Assembly: GCA_045863555.1 (NCBI GenBank)
Contig: BTUU01000003.1
Location: forward strand, 34,476 to 98,475
Source: Planctomycetota bacterium
GTDB taxonomy: Bacteria; Planctomycetota; Phycisphaerae; UBA1845; Fen-1342
Direction of reading: 5' to 3'
Length of the DNA stretch: 64,000 nt
Shown: piece after piece, positions 1 through 11,458 of the stretch
How the letters are laid out: each line of letters begins with the position of its first letter
How positions within the stretch are numbered: the stretch's first letter is position 1
Translations under genes and position numbers: made by a program
Notes under the pieces: generated by a model
Databases searched by the model: none
The model's input: the letters and a program-made list of their open reading frames with translations, nothing else
What the model was told of the DNA's origin: nothing

Positions 1-32
1 CGTCAATTCCTGAACCCTAGATCAGGAGAATC

Positions 33-770
33 TTAGCGGCGACGGAAGGCCGCGAGACCACCCAGGGCGATCAGAGCCAGCGAAGCGGGCTCCGGAATCA
101 CGTACCACACCGCCCAGTCGAGGCCCCCGATCTGCGGGACATCGAAGCTGGCGCTGACGGTGCCGGTATTGGGACCGTCATCCGTCGAGCTCTGGAAGAT
201 GATCGGGTTGCCGCCGGCCGCATCGGGCCGACCGACAAAGATCCCCTGGAAGCCAGGCAGCGCCTGGACATCAGCGACGTTCAGCGCCACGCGGGCGATG
301 TAGCCATCGAAGCTCGGCGAACCCGAATTCTCAGGCGGGCTCGCGAACCACGCGATGTTGATTTCATTCGCGGTCGCCGTGGCAACCGGACCCGTCGGGC
401 TGTACCGGCCAGCGGCAGCCGCGCCAGCGTTCGTGTAGCGGCCGTTGGCGTCGCGGTTACGGGGCTTCGAGAAAAACGTGCCGAAACGGTCGGCCGTGCC
501 CGTGTTGAAGAGAATGGGACCGTTGGGATCCGCAACGTAGCGGAGGCTGACGTTCAGGGCCTGACCAGCCGGTGTCACGACGCCGCGGAGGCCGGCCGCC
601 GTCCACACGTCATCGGCGCTGGCATCGACGAACACGTCGACCGCGATGATGCCGGCCGGGGGCTGCGTGCCGCCGTCCGAAGGATCGAGCAGGTCAACAC
701 TGGTCGTGACGCTGGCGAACGCCGCCGTGGCAGCCATCGCAAACGTCGCAGCAAGGAAGCGCTTGAGCAT
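33..770 (-). CDS. PEP-CTERM sorting domain-containing secreted protein
   Basis: N-terminal signal peptide (MLKRFLAATFAMAATAAFA) and C-terminal VIPEPASLALIALGGLAAFRRR. This is a PEP motif followed by a TM helix and an Arg cluster, the exosortase recognition signal. Confidence 0.8.
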   Translation of the reverse strand: MLKRFLAATFAMAATAAFASVTTSVDLLDPSDGGTQPPAGIIAVDVFVDASADDVWTAAGLRGVVTPAGQALNVSLRYVADPNGPILFNTGTADRFGTFFSKPRNRDANGRYTNAGAAAAGRYSPTGPVATATANEINIAWFASPPENSGSPSFDGYIARVALNVADVQALPGFQGIFVGRPDAAGGNPIIFQSSTDDGPNTGTVSASFDVPQIGGLDWAVWYVIPEPASLALIALGGLAAFRRR

Positions 771-1009
771 TTTGTTCCTCTCCTTATGAAGGATTCAGGC
801 GAGATCAGCGATCGGCCCGCCCGATCAACGAATCTCAGTCCTTGAAGGGCTACACGAATTGGTAGGCAGGCAATCTCGGCCGAATCAAGAAACGGGCGAA
901 GAAAAATCGCGCTTTTCTGCAAGATTCCGGCACCGTTTGCGCCGGTTATTACGGTGAGCTCTCGTAACCACCACGCTGTGAACGGGTTACGAACGGGCGT
1001 TCACCGGGG

Positions 1010-1054
1010 GCAAAAAAAGCAGTTCCGGCGGCCTCCGCAACGCGGAGCCGCCGG
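1010..1054 (-). terminator. Rho-independent terminator downstream of coiled-coil gene (minus strand)
   Basis: Perfect GC-rich inverted repeat CCGGCGGCTCCGCG / CGCGGAGCCGCCGG at 1025-1054, followed on the minus strand by a T7 run (plus-strand A7 at 1012-1018). It lies just 3' of the gene ending at 1091. Confidence 0.6.
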
Positions 1055-1090
1055 AACGCGTAAAGTTATCAGTCAGTTTCGCGGGCCGGA

Positions 1091-2236
1091 TCAGTCCCCG
1101 TTCGCTGTCTCCGCCCCCTCCGAAAGCGCTCCCGCCATCCGATCCGATTCCGCCGAAGCATCTTCAAGCCCGCGCAGACTCGCGGCCACTCGCGGCAGGT
1201 TCTCAATCGACCGCCGACGCGCCCGCGCCTTCGTCTCCGTGAGCGCGATTCGGACCTCCGAGAACGCCTTCTTCATATTGTTAAGCGTCGACTCCGACGT
1301 CCGGTTCAGGTTCCGCAGCGACGCAATCTCCACCTCGTAGAATTGCTGCTGCTCGACCAGCCGCGCGTTTTCGCGCTCCAGCCGCGTCACCTGGGCCTGA
1401 AGACCCTTCCGCTCGGTCCGCGAATCTTCCAGTTTCTGCTCAATCGCGTCGATCGCCTGCCGCAGCTCGAAATTCCGATCCTCAGCCGCCCGAAGGCTCA
1501 GCTCGATCTGGTTGCGCTCGCCACGGGCGTCCTCAAGCTGAATCTGGGCCTCCTGGAGCTTCGTCTGGAGCCCCGTCCGCTCCTCAACCACCTCGCGGTT
1601 CGACCGCTCCGTCGTTTCGAGCCGGCTCCGAAGGTTCTTGAGGTCGGTTCGAAGGCCGTCACGCTCCTTCCGCACCGCCCACAGCTCTTCATTCTGCTTC
1701 GTCGCGGTCTTCAGCTCCTCGGTCAGCCGCGCCGCCTCTTTCTCGGACCTGGCGAGCTGTTCCGCCACGCGCTGCGCCCGTGCGTTCGCATCCGCCAGCT
1801 CTTCCTCGATCAGCGAGTTTTCCTGCCGCACCTGCGTCAGCGTGTCCACGTTCGTCTGGAGCGTGACCGTCTGCCATTCCAGTTCCTGGATCCGCTGCGC
1901 CGACGTCTGCGACTGCTCATTCAGCCGCGCGATTTCACGCTCCAGCGTCTCCCGAATCTGCTCATTCCGGTCAAGCTGATCTTCCAGCTCGTTGATCACC
2001 GCCAGCACGTCATCACGCTCGTCCGTGAATGCATCCGTGAGCGCCCGCGGCTGCGTCGGCGCGTTCTGTCCACGGCCGTTCCGCGTCACGTCGAGGTCGG
2101 TGGTGGCCGGAACGGATCCAGCGGTCGGGCGGGAGGTCGTCGTACCGTTTGTCGCGTCTTTCCGCGGGCTGCTCATCGCGGTCTCCATCTGTTTGCACGT
2201 CCGGGCGACGCCTGCGCCCGAGTCCCGAGATTCCAT
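1091..2236 (-). CDS. Coiled-coil protein (hypothetical; heptad-rich, SMC/chromosome-partition-like low-complexity)
   Basis: 381-aa ORF dominated by E/R/L/Q heptad repeats (ELEDQLDRNEQIRETLEREIARLNEQ...). No catalytic motif seen. True start may be an internal Met (METAMSS or MSSPRK). Confidence 0.5.
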   Translation of the reverse strand: MESRDSGAGVARTCKQMETAMSSPRKDATNGTTTSRPTAGSVPATTDLDVTRNGRGQNAPTQPRALTDAFTDERDDVLAVINELEDQLDRNEQIRETLEREIARLNEQSQTSAQRIQELEWQTVTLQTNVDTLTQVRQENSLIEEELADANARAQRVAEQLARSEKEAARLTEELKTATKQNEELWAVRKERDGLRTDLKNLRSRLETTERSNREVVEERTGLQTKLQEAQIQLEDARGERNQIELSLRAAEDRNFELRQAIDAIEQKLEDSRTERKGLQAQVTRLERENARLVEQQQFYEVEIASLRNLNRTSESTLNNMKKAFSEVRIALTETKARARRRSIENLPRVAASLRGLEDASAESDRMAGALSEGAETANGD

Positions 2237-2455
2237 ACGCGCCGGACGCCGTCCCGAGCGGGCTCCGACGCAGGCTTGTTACGGTTATCGATATCGGCCG
2301 CGGGGCGCGGATTCTTGACGGTGAATTGTGCGCCGCGGGCAACCCTTGCGCGTCTCCGCGGAACATTGGGACGAAATGGAGCACCAGCCGCGCATCGTCT
2401 GGGCAGCGCCGGACGCCGATATACTCGACGGCCGCCGCCCGAAAACCGCTGAACG

Positions 2456-5333
<2,878 letters not shown>

Positions 5334-5487
5334 GATTCACGAACGCCCCCGCGCAGAGGCGCAACCTCCTCGCAGAGCCGCAGCACAACCGCAACCCGCG
5401 AGTTCACGCGGAATTGTAAACGCCGCGTTGGATATGGCACAGCCTCTCGGCGAGTGTGAGCGCGCCGCCTCCGACGTTACAACACGC

Positions 5488-5527
5488 GAAGAATCCGAGC
5501 CCGACGCGCTAGCGAGGGCGAGGTAGA
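5488..5527 (+). repeat. Copy 1 of a roughly 40-bp direct repeat flanking dapA (upstream copy)
   Basis: GAAGAATCCGAGCCCGaCGCGCTAGCgAGGGCGAGGTaGA. Contains the 8-bp palindrome CGCTAGCG. The second copy at 6597-6636 matches 36 of 40 positions. Confidence 0.6.
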
Positions 5528-5693
5528 GGTAGAGGGCGTTGGCGAGGGCCCGGATTGATTGCGCTCCACCGTGGAAGCCTCGCCTCTGAATTTCGCTCTT
5601 CGCTCTTCGCGTTTTCCGTTTCATGTTAAACTCCCCGCAATCGCCTCGCCGCCGCCGGCGATGCACCGGGCCGAAATTTCAGGGAACCCCTCC

Positions 5694-6572
5694 ATGCCGC
5701 ACTTTCACGGAACAATTACCGCTCTCATCACCCCCTTCAAGAACGGCGAAGTCGACTTCCCGACGCTCGAAAAACTCGTCGAACGCCAGATCGACGGCGG
5801 CGTCGACGGCCTTGTCCCCTGCGGTACGACCGGCGAATCCCCCACGCTCTCGAAAGAGGAAGCCGAAAAGGTCATCGCCTGCGTCGTCAGGACCGCCCGC
5901 AAGCGCGTCCCGGTCATCGCCGGCACCGGCAGCTACTCGACCGCCGACGCGATCTACAAGTCGAAGAAGGCCGCCGACCTCGGCGCCGACGCCCTCCTCG
6001 TCGTCAGCCCCTACTACAACAAGCCCACGCAGGCCGGCCTCTTCGCCCATTTCTCGGCGATCGCGAAGGCCGTGCCGCTGCCGATCATGCTCTACAACAT
6101 CCCCGGCCGCTGCGGCGTCGAAATCTCCATCCCGACGATCGCCAAGCTCCACGCCGAGCATTCGAACATCGTCTCGGTCAAGCACGCCACCGGCCGCGTC
6201 GACGACGCCGCGGACCTCGCCCACGCGTCGAAGATCGAGATCGTCTCCGGCGACGACCCGATCACCTGGCCGCTCATGGCGGTGGGGGCCCTCGGCGTCG
6301 TCAGCGTCATCTCCAACCTCGCCCCCCGCGCGGTCAAGCGCCTCACCACGGCCGGCCTCAAGGGCGACTTCGCCGAAGCCCGCTGCGCCCACGACGCCCT
6401 CTACCCGCTCATGCGCCCGCTGCTCGCCTTGGAAACCAACCCCGGCCCGATCAAGGCGGCCATGGCCCTCCGCGGCCTCTGCACCGAAGAATTCCGCCTC
6501 CCCATGTGCCCGATCTCCCCCGAGAACCGCACAAAGCTGGAGTCGCTGCTCAAGCACCACCCGATGGAGTAA
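5694..6572 (+). CDS. dapA: 4-hydroxy-tetrahydrodipicolinate synthase
   Basis: Motifs TALITPF, GLVPCGTTGES, active-site-region YNIPGR and the conserved Lys in VSVKHATG. ATG at 5694 with an AGGGA RBS. The longer ORF extension upstream is not protein-like. Confidence 0.88.
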   Translation: MPHFHGTITALITPFKNGEVDFPTLEKLVERQIDGGVDGLVPCGTTGESPTLSKEEAEKVIACVVRTARKRVPVIAGTGSYSTADAIYKSKKAADLGADALLVVSPYYNKPTQAGLFAHFSAIAKAVPLPIMLYNIPGRCGVEISIPTIAKLHAEHSNIVSVKHATGRVDDAADLAHASKIEIVSGDDPITWPLMAVGALGVVSVISNLAPRAVKRLTTAGLKGDFAEARCAHDALYPLMRPLLALETNPGPIKAAMALRGLCTEEFRLPMCPISPENRTKLESLLKHHPME

Positions 6573-6596
6573 CCACGCCGCCGCGCCGCGGCGTAA

Positions 6597-6636
6597 GAAG
6601 AATCCGAGCCCGCGGCGCTAGCAAGGGCGAGGTTGA
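6597..6636 (+). repeat. Copy 2 of the roughly 40-bp direct repeat flanking dapA (downstream copy)
   Basis: GAAGAATCCGAGCCCGcgGCGCTAGCaAGGGCGAGGTtGA, 25 bp after the dapA stop, in the same orientation as copy 1. Confidence 0.6.
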
Positions 6637-6781
6637 AATGGGAAGTGTAGAACCGGCGAACGGCGACTCTGTACCCAGTGTCAGATGGACACTTGAATCG
6701 GGCGTGTGACTGGACGCCCATCTTGAGAATGGCAGTGGCAGATCAGATCCCGCGTAACCACGTAGCGGAAGCGCCCGCCGA

Positions 6782-9172
6782 CTATTTGTCCCGCCCGCGA
6801 ATCGCCGCCAACCGCGCTCGCACGCTCTCCCATTCCGGCCCTGCATTCGGCCCCTTTGACTTGAGCGCCGCTTCGGCGAATCGCAGGTGCACTTCGGCAT
6901 CTGCATCCTGCTCGGTGCCCGCCAGGAGCGACCCCAGCTCCAGATGGGCCGCCGCAAGGTTTACGTCGTCCGGCCTGACGTGAGGACCGGCCCGTTCCAG
7001 TTCCGATTTCAGCAGCGCTCGGGCCTCGTCGAACCGCTCCGCTTTAAGCAGTAGCGCGGAGAGCATGTCCGCAGTCGCCAGCACATCGCTCCACCGCTGA
7101 CTTTCCGCAAACGCATCGCGCGCGCTCCGAAGCGCGTCACCCGCCTCGTCGTTCCGTTCATTCCCCGACAGAAAACGGGCATACCGCTGCAATAGCTGTC
7201 CGACCCGGAAATGATTGGCCCCATACAGCTGCACGGAAAGCCGATGCGACTCCTGAAACAGAGCCTCTGCATTTTTGTCCGGATCGCCGCGCAGCGCGAG
7301 CACATCGGCCAGGCTCGACATTGCGAGGGCCGTATCCTGATGCGGCGCGCTGCCGTGCAGTTTCTGTGAACGGGCAAGCGCATCGCGGAATTGGTTCTCG
7401 GCATCCGCGAGGCGACCCATCGTCACATACAACGCGCCGAGGTTGTTCCTCGCGTAGGGAACGTTTTCGCTTTCGGGACCGAAGGCCGTAATGTAGCGCG
7501 AAATCGCTTCCAGATACCACTTCTCAGCTTCGTCGAACTTTCGCAATGACCGCTTGACGAGCGCGACACTGTTCGCCGCCTGCGCGAAATACGGATCATT
7601 CGCCGGCACGGTTTTCTGATAAACGGCCCAAGCCTCTTCGATGAGCGACTCCGCCTCCGCCGGCTTCCCCAGCACTCGACAGACACGAGCCAATGCGTCG
7701 AGAGACTGCGCGACCGCGAGCGACTCGTCGCCGTAGACTTCCCGGCGAAGCTTCAGCGCCGCCCGGTAGTGTGGCTCGCTCGCCGCGTCCGAACCGAGCT
7801 CGCGATAGGCGTCGGCGATCATCATACGCAGGCCGGCGACCTCCGCCGGTACGAACGAATAGGCCCCGGCTTCGAGCTTCTCTCCGGCCCGATCGAGCAT
7901 CTCGCGAACGGTCAGTTCCCTGCCGCGCGCCTTGCCGGCGCGGCCCGCGGAAACAAACATGTCCTGCAACAGCGACTTCGCTCCCCGCGCCGTGCCGGCT
8001 TCGGCGTTGGCTTTCACCAGCGCCTCGTCCGCCCGCTCGCGCTGCCCCTCCGCGCGAAAATAGAGGATCGTGCTCGTCACCGCCGCCGTGGTGCTGAGCA
8101 CGAGGAAGCCGCCGATCACGCCGACCGCCAGCCGGTGGCGGCGGATGAACTTGCGCGCTTGATAGGTCGCGCTCGGTGGATGCGCCAGCACCGACTCGCC
8201 GCGGCGCAATCGCAGCAGGTCCGCTTGCAGCGCATCGACGGACTGGTACCGCTGCCCCGGGTCTCCTTGCAGTGCTTTCAACGTGATGGCGCTCAGCTCG
8301 CGACTGATCGCCTTGTTTCGCGTCGCGGGCGGGAGGGGTCCGGAGGTCTCGATTTCGCGCAGCATCTGTGCCGGCGGCAGGCTCGCATCCACCGGCGTCG
8401 CACCGGTCAGGCAGACGTACAGCATCGCCCCGAGCGAATACACATCGCTGCGCACATCCACGACCGAATTGTCCCCGCGGAGCTGCTCCGGCGATGCGTA
8501 TGCCGGAGTGCCGAGGAACGCGCCGGTGCAGGTCAGTCCGGCGTCCGAAGTGTGCTCGCGGCGCCGCGCCAGGCCGAAGTCCAGCACGTGCGGTTCGCCC
8601 GCCGAATCCACCAGCACATTCGACGGCTTCAGGTCGCGGTGGATCACGCCGCGCTGGTGCGCGTGATGGACCGCGTCACAGATCCTCTGGAAAACGTCAA
8701 GGACCTCTTCGACCGGACGGGCCGCTCCGCCCGCCGGCCGCGCCCAGCGATCAAACGGCGCGCCGTCAATCCATTGCAGCGCGACGACAAGCTGACCGTC
8801 GATGTCCTCAACGCCGAACACCCGGACGATGTTCGGATGGTCAAGCGCCGAAACCGCCTCGATCTCGCGTTCGAAACGCGCCCGCATCGACGGCGTGGCG
8901 AACACCCCGGCGGCCAGCCGCTTCAGCGCAACATCTCGGGCGGGGCGCTGCTGCCGCGCGCGATAGACCAGCCCCTGTCCGCCGCGCCCCGCCTCGGCGA
9001 TGAGTTCAAAGGAACCGATGCGGCCGAGGTGCTCAGCTCGCGTCAGTCTCCCGAGATTCGCAAACCAGCTCGATTCGTCGTCGCCGAAGCCGAACGCATG
9101 CCGCAGCGCCTCGTTCAGCCGCGGCCGCGGGGTGGCGATGTCCCGCACGATACCGCTGGAGTCGTCAGGCAT
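6782..9172 (-). CDS. Serine/threonine protein kinase with C-terminal TPR repeats
   Basis: Gly-rich loop GRGGQGLVY, VAIK-like ALKRL, catalytic HRDLKPSNVLV, DFG, APE (ASPEQ), one TM segment, then a long TPR/tetratricopeptide region. Overlaps the upstream sigma factor gene by 8 nt. Confidence 0.85.
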   Translation of the reverse strand: MPDDSSGIVRDIATPRPRLNEALRHAFGFGDDESSWFANLGRLTRAEHLGRIGSFELIAEAGRGGQGLVYRARQQRPARDVALKRLAAGVFATPSMRARFEREIEAVSALDHPNIVRVFGVEDIDGQLVVALQWIDGAPFDRWARPAGGAARPVEEVLDVFQRICDAVHHAHQRGVIHRDLKPSNVLVDSAGEPHVLDFGLARRREHTSDAGLTCTGAFLGTPAYASPEQLRGDNSVVDVRSDVYSLGAMLYVCLTGATPVDASLPPAQMLREIETSGPLPPATRNKAISRELSAITLKALQGDPGQRYQSVDALQADLLRLRRGESVLAHPPSATYQARKFIRRHRLAVGVIGGFLVLSTTAAVTSTILYFRAEGQRERADEALVKANAEAGTARGAKSLLQDMFVSAGRAGKARGRELTVREMLDRAGEKLEAGAYSFVPAEVAGLRMMIADAYRELGSDAASEPHYRAALKLRREVYGDESLAVAQSLDALARVCRVLGKPAEAESLIEEAWAVYQKTVPANDPYFAQAANSVALVKRSLRKFDEAEKWYLEAISRYITAFGPESENVPYARNNLGALYVTMGRLADAENQFRDALARSQKLHGSAPHQDTALAMSSLADVLALRGDPDKNAEALFQESHRLSVQLYGANHFRVGQLLQRYARFLSGNERNDEAGDALRSARDAFAESQRWSDVLATADMLSALLLKAERFDEARALLKSELERAGPHVRPDDVNLAAAHLELGSLLAGTEQDADAEVHLRFAEAALKSKGPNAGPEWESVRARLAAIRGRDK

Positions 9173-9764
9173 CCGTTCGATCCTCTTCCTCGATCTGACC
9201 CGCGATCAGCACTTCCAACCGCTCTCGAATCCGGTGGCGCACTTTGTAGACGGCCGCCTCGTCCATTTCGAATTCGCGCGCCATTTCGGAGACCGGCACG
9301 CCGTTCATGCTGCGCTCCAGGATCGCGATATCACGGTCCGTCGCCATGGTCCGCAGCGCTTCGAGCGCCATGCGGTAATGATGGCTCATCCACTCCCGCT
9401 CCCATTCGAGCGCCTCGGCCGGATCGGGCTCGCCCCCGACGGCTGAATTCAGCGGCCCGTAGTTGGTCAGCGCCTTTCCATTGCGCCCGGGACGAGTGGC
9501 CCACTCCGTAAGCGCATTCTTGGCACAGCGGAACAGATAGTCGCGGAATCGGCCGCGATTCGGATCATAGGTAAACTGCGGCAGGGTAATCACCAGGTTG
9601 GCGAAGACCCGTTGCACGAGATCCTCGGCATCCGGATACGGCACCTGCCGGCGCCGAAAAAAGCGGATCAGCCACTCACGATACCGGCGATCAAAATCGT
9701 CCCATGCGGCCCGGTCAGACGAATCACGCACGCGCATCAGTAGCGACGGAGGCGTTGTGTGCAT
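9165..9764 (-). CDS. RNA polymerase sigma factor, ECF (sigma-70 family region 2/4)
   Basis: Region 2 DLVQRVFANL...RFRDYLFRCAKNALTEW and region 4 HTH (VPVSEMAREFEMDEAAVYKVRHRIRERL). Start set at the MHTTPPSLLMRVRD Met (9764). The 112-codon upstream extension is Arg/Pro-rich. Confidence 0.8.
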   Translation of the reverse strand: MHTTPPSLLMRVRDSSDRAAWDDFDRRYREWLIRFFRRRQVPYPDAEDLVQRVFANLVITLPQFTYDPNRGRFRDYLFRCAKNALTEWATRPGRNGKALTNYGPLNSAVGGEPDPAEALEWEREWMSHHYRMALEALRTMATDRDIAILERSMNGVPVSEMAREFEMDEAAVYKVRHRIRERLEVLIAGQIEEEDRTDA

Positions 9765-10128
9765 AGGGGGATCGAGTGTTTCACGGTCGCCGCGGAGGCT
9801 GCGCGAGGGCGCGGCCATGGCCCGACCACCGACATGCCTGGGCCGGCCGCCACACGGTCGCGCCGCACTTCGCCCGGGAGCACCCCAGCATACCGCGAAC
9901 CCACCGGTAGGCGAAAGGTGTTGTTGAAAGCGAGGTCGGCGAAACGCGGTGCGGCGCAGGCTGACCAGACGGGGCGTGAGAAGCGGTTGGTCCATCGGAG
10001 AGAGGGGCGGTCGTTCGCAGAGGTGCTCCCGCGGCGCGCGGCGACGGCCGACGACGGATGAACGAGCGGCATGGCCGGGAACTTTCGGCCCGACCACGCC
10101 GCATCGGATGTTCGGTCCGTGATATGCG

Positions 10129-10809
10129 TCAGAGCGCGCGACGCCGGAAGCACGCGGTCGCGGCGAGGCCGATGACGCCGAGGAGCGCCGACTCCGGCGT
10201 GGGCACCATTAGGTTTGCCAGTTCTTCGCGCGTCATCCACGGCTGCGTGCCAACCGGACATTCGGTGGAGGACCAGTTTCCGCCGCCAATAAATGGGCCG
10301 CCGCTATTGGGCGTCCACGTCCAGGTACCGCACCACAGGATCCGACTGGCTTCCCCCGGGGGCGCAAAGCGGCTGTTCGTGAAATCTCGGTCCGCCATCA
10401 TGAGGACTTCAAATGTGAACGGGTTGTTCCAGTAGTCCCCCTCGAAGTTGAAGAAGAAATTGAACGTCTCGATTGGCGTGCCCACCGCAACGGCCATCGT
10501 GGCCGTGTTGTAGACGGTAGACCAGCCATTCGGCGTCCCGTGCGATAGAGCCGTAAACCGGTCCATCGCAACGTCCGGCGTGCTCGGGTTCCCGTCCGGT
10601 GTGTGTTCGAACGCGTCCCCCGCAGTCACCATCCGTACCGCGAACAAGTCCATCAGCGCACCGTTATTTGCGCCGGTCGAGTACCCATACCACGCCTGAG
10701 ACCAGCTGTCGTGCGACTCCCCGTCGCCATACGGCACGATGTCGGCGCGTGCTGTGGCGCTGAATAGCCCGCTGAGAAAACAGAACCCGACCAGAGTCGT
10801 CCGACGCAT
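10129..10809 (-). CDS. Secreted protein with PEP-CTERM-like C-terminal anchor (variant VPTPES motif)
   Basis: Signal peptide MRRTTLVGFCFLSGLFSATARA. C-terminus VPTPESALLGVIGLAATACFRRRAL is a PEP-CTERM architecture with TPE in place of PEP. Confidence 0.6.
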   Translation of the reverse strand: MRRTTLVGFCFLSGLFSATARADIVPYGDGESHDSWSQAWYGYSTGANNGALMDLFAVRMVTAGDAFEHTPDGNPSTPDVAMDRFTALSHGTPNGWSTVYNTATMAVAVGTPIETFNFFFNFEGDYWNNPFTFEVLMMADRDFTNSRFAPPGEASRILWCGTWTWTPNSGGPFIGGGNWSSTECPVGTQPWMTREELANLMVPTPESALLGVIGLAATACFRRRAL

Positions 10810-11277
10810 CGATGTACCGCTCCTTCCAAAGGATGGCCCGAAACCGAAGGCGCTGCGCCGATCGTCCGGCCGAGGTGCTCGCCTTCACATCTACATAGCG
10901 AGGCGTTACGCCCGATTGGACAAATTCACCGCGAATCTCTGGGAATCCGTCGGCGAGGAGCCGTGCAGAAGCAACCGGCAGAAAAAACGGGCCGTTTCGA
11001 AATGAGCGCTCCCCGCGCCGCTGGCCACCTCGCGGAGACCCGGCGGATTGCGGCGACATCCCCCGCGTGGCCGCGCCAAAAACCGCTGGCCCCTGCAATA
11101 CCCCGTCAATGCACGCCAGATCGGCTCCGGCCGTCGCGCCCCAACGCCGCCCACTCAATACTCCCTGATATGCACACCGCGCGCTCCCCCATCAGCCCCG
11201 CGGGTCTCCCCCGGGGCTCGACAGCCCGTCGCCGACAGAAGCGCCCACTCCCCGCCTTCCAACGTTCCCACCCGCCC

Positions 11278-11343
11278 AACGTTCTGATTACAAACATGGC
11301 CAACCCGGCACGCGCGCAAAAAACCCTGGCCACCTTCGGCCAG
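11278..11343 (-). repeat. Copy 1 of a roughly 65-nt conserved intergenic module (terminator-like hairpin plus T-run plus conserved box)
   Basis: Minus strand reads CTGGCCgaaggtGGCCAG hairpin, then GGTTTTTTG, then GCGCGCGTGCCGGGTTGGCCATGTTTGTAATCAGAACGTT. About 70% identical to 29493-29558. Confidence 0.5.
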
Positions 11344-11458
11344 TTCACTGGAAAACGGGTGTCGATAGAAACCCTGGACCACCGACCAGCGATTCACGAC
11401 CCCACAGCGTCCAGCTCCGCGGCGCCGCCGGCCCTTTCACCTTTCACATTTCACTCAT

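Noticed and set aside
6700-6740. Hairpin GGGCGT-gtgactgg-ACGCCC downstream of dapA as a terminator.
   Set aside because: Short stem with no T-run. It is already inside the convergent kinase 3' region.
7769-9511. Very long ORFs antisense to real genes. Examples are 7769-9511, 10963-12126, 18818-19738, 19243-20070, 24607-25689, 25205-26197, 27853-28995, 33620-34909, 34830-36722, 37046-38122, 40268-41194, 41222-42733, 41869-43389, 47521-48318 and 50751-52514.
   Set aside because: Their translations are Arg/Pro/Ala/Gly-rich and of low complexity, as expected for the antisense frames of 65-70% GC coding DNA. Each overlaps a gene with clear homology-grade motifs on the other strand.
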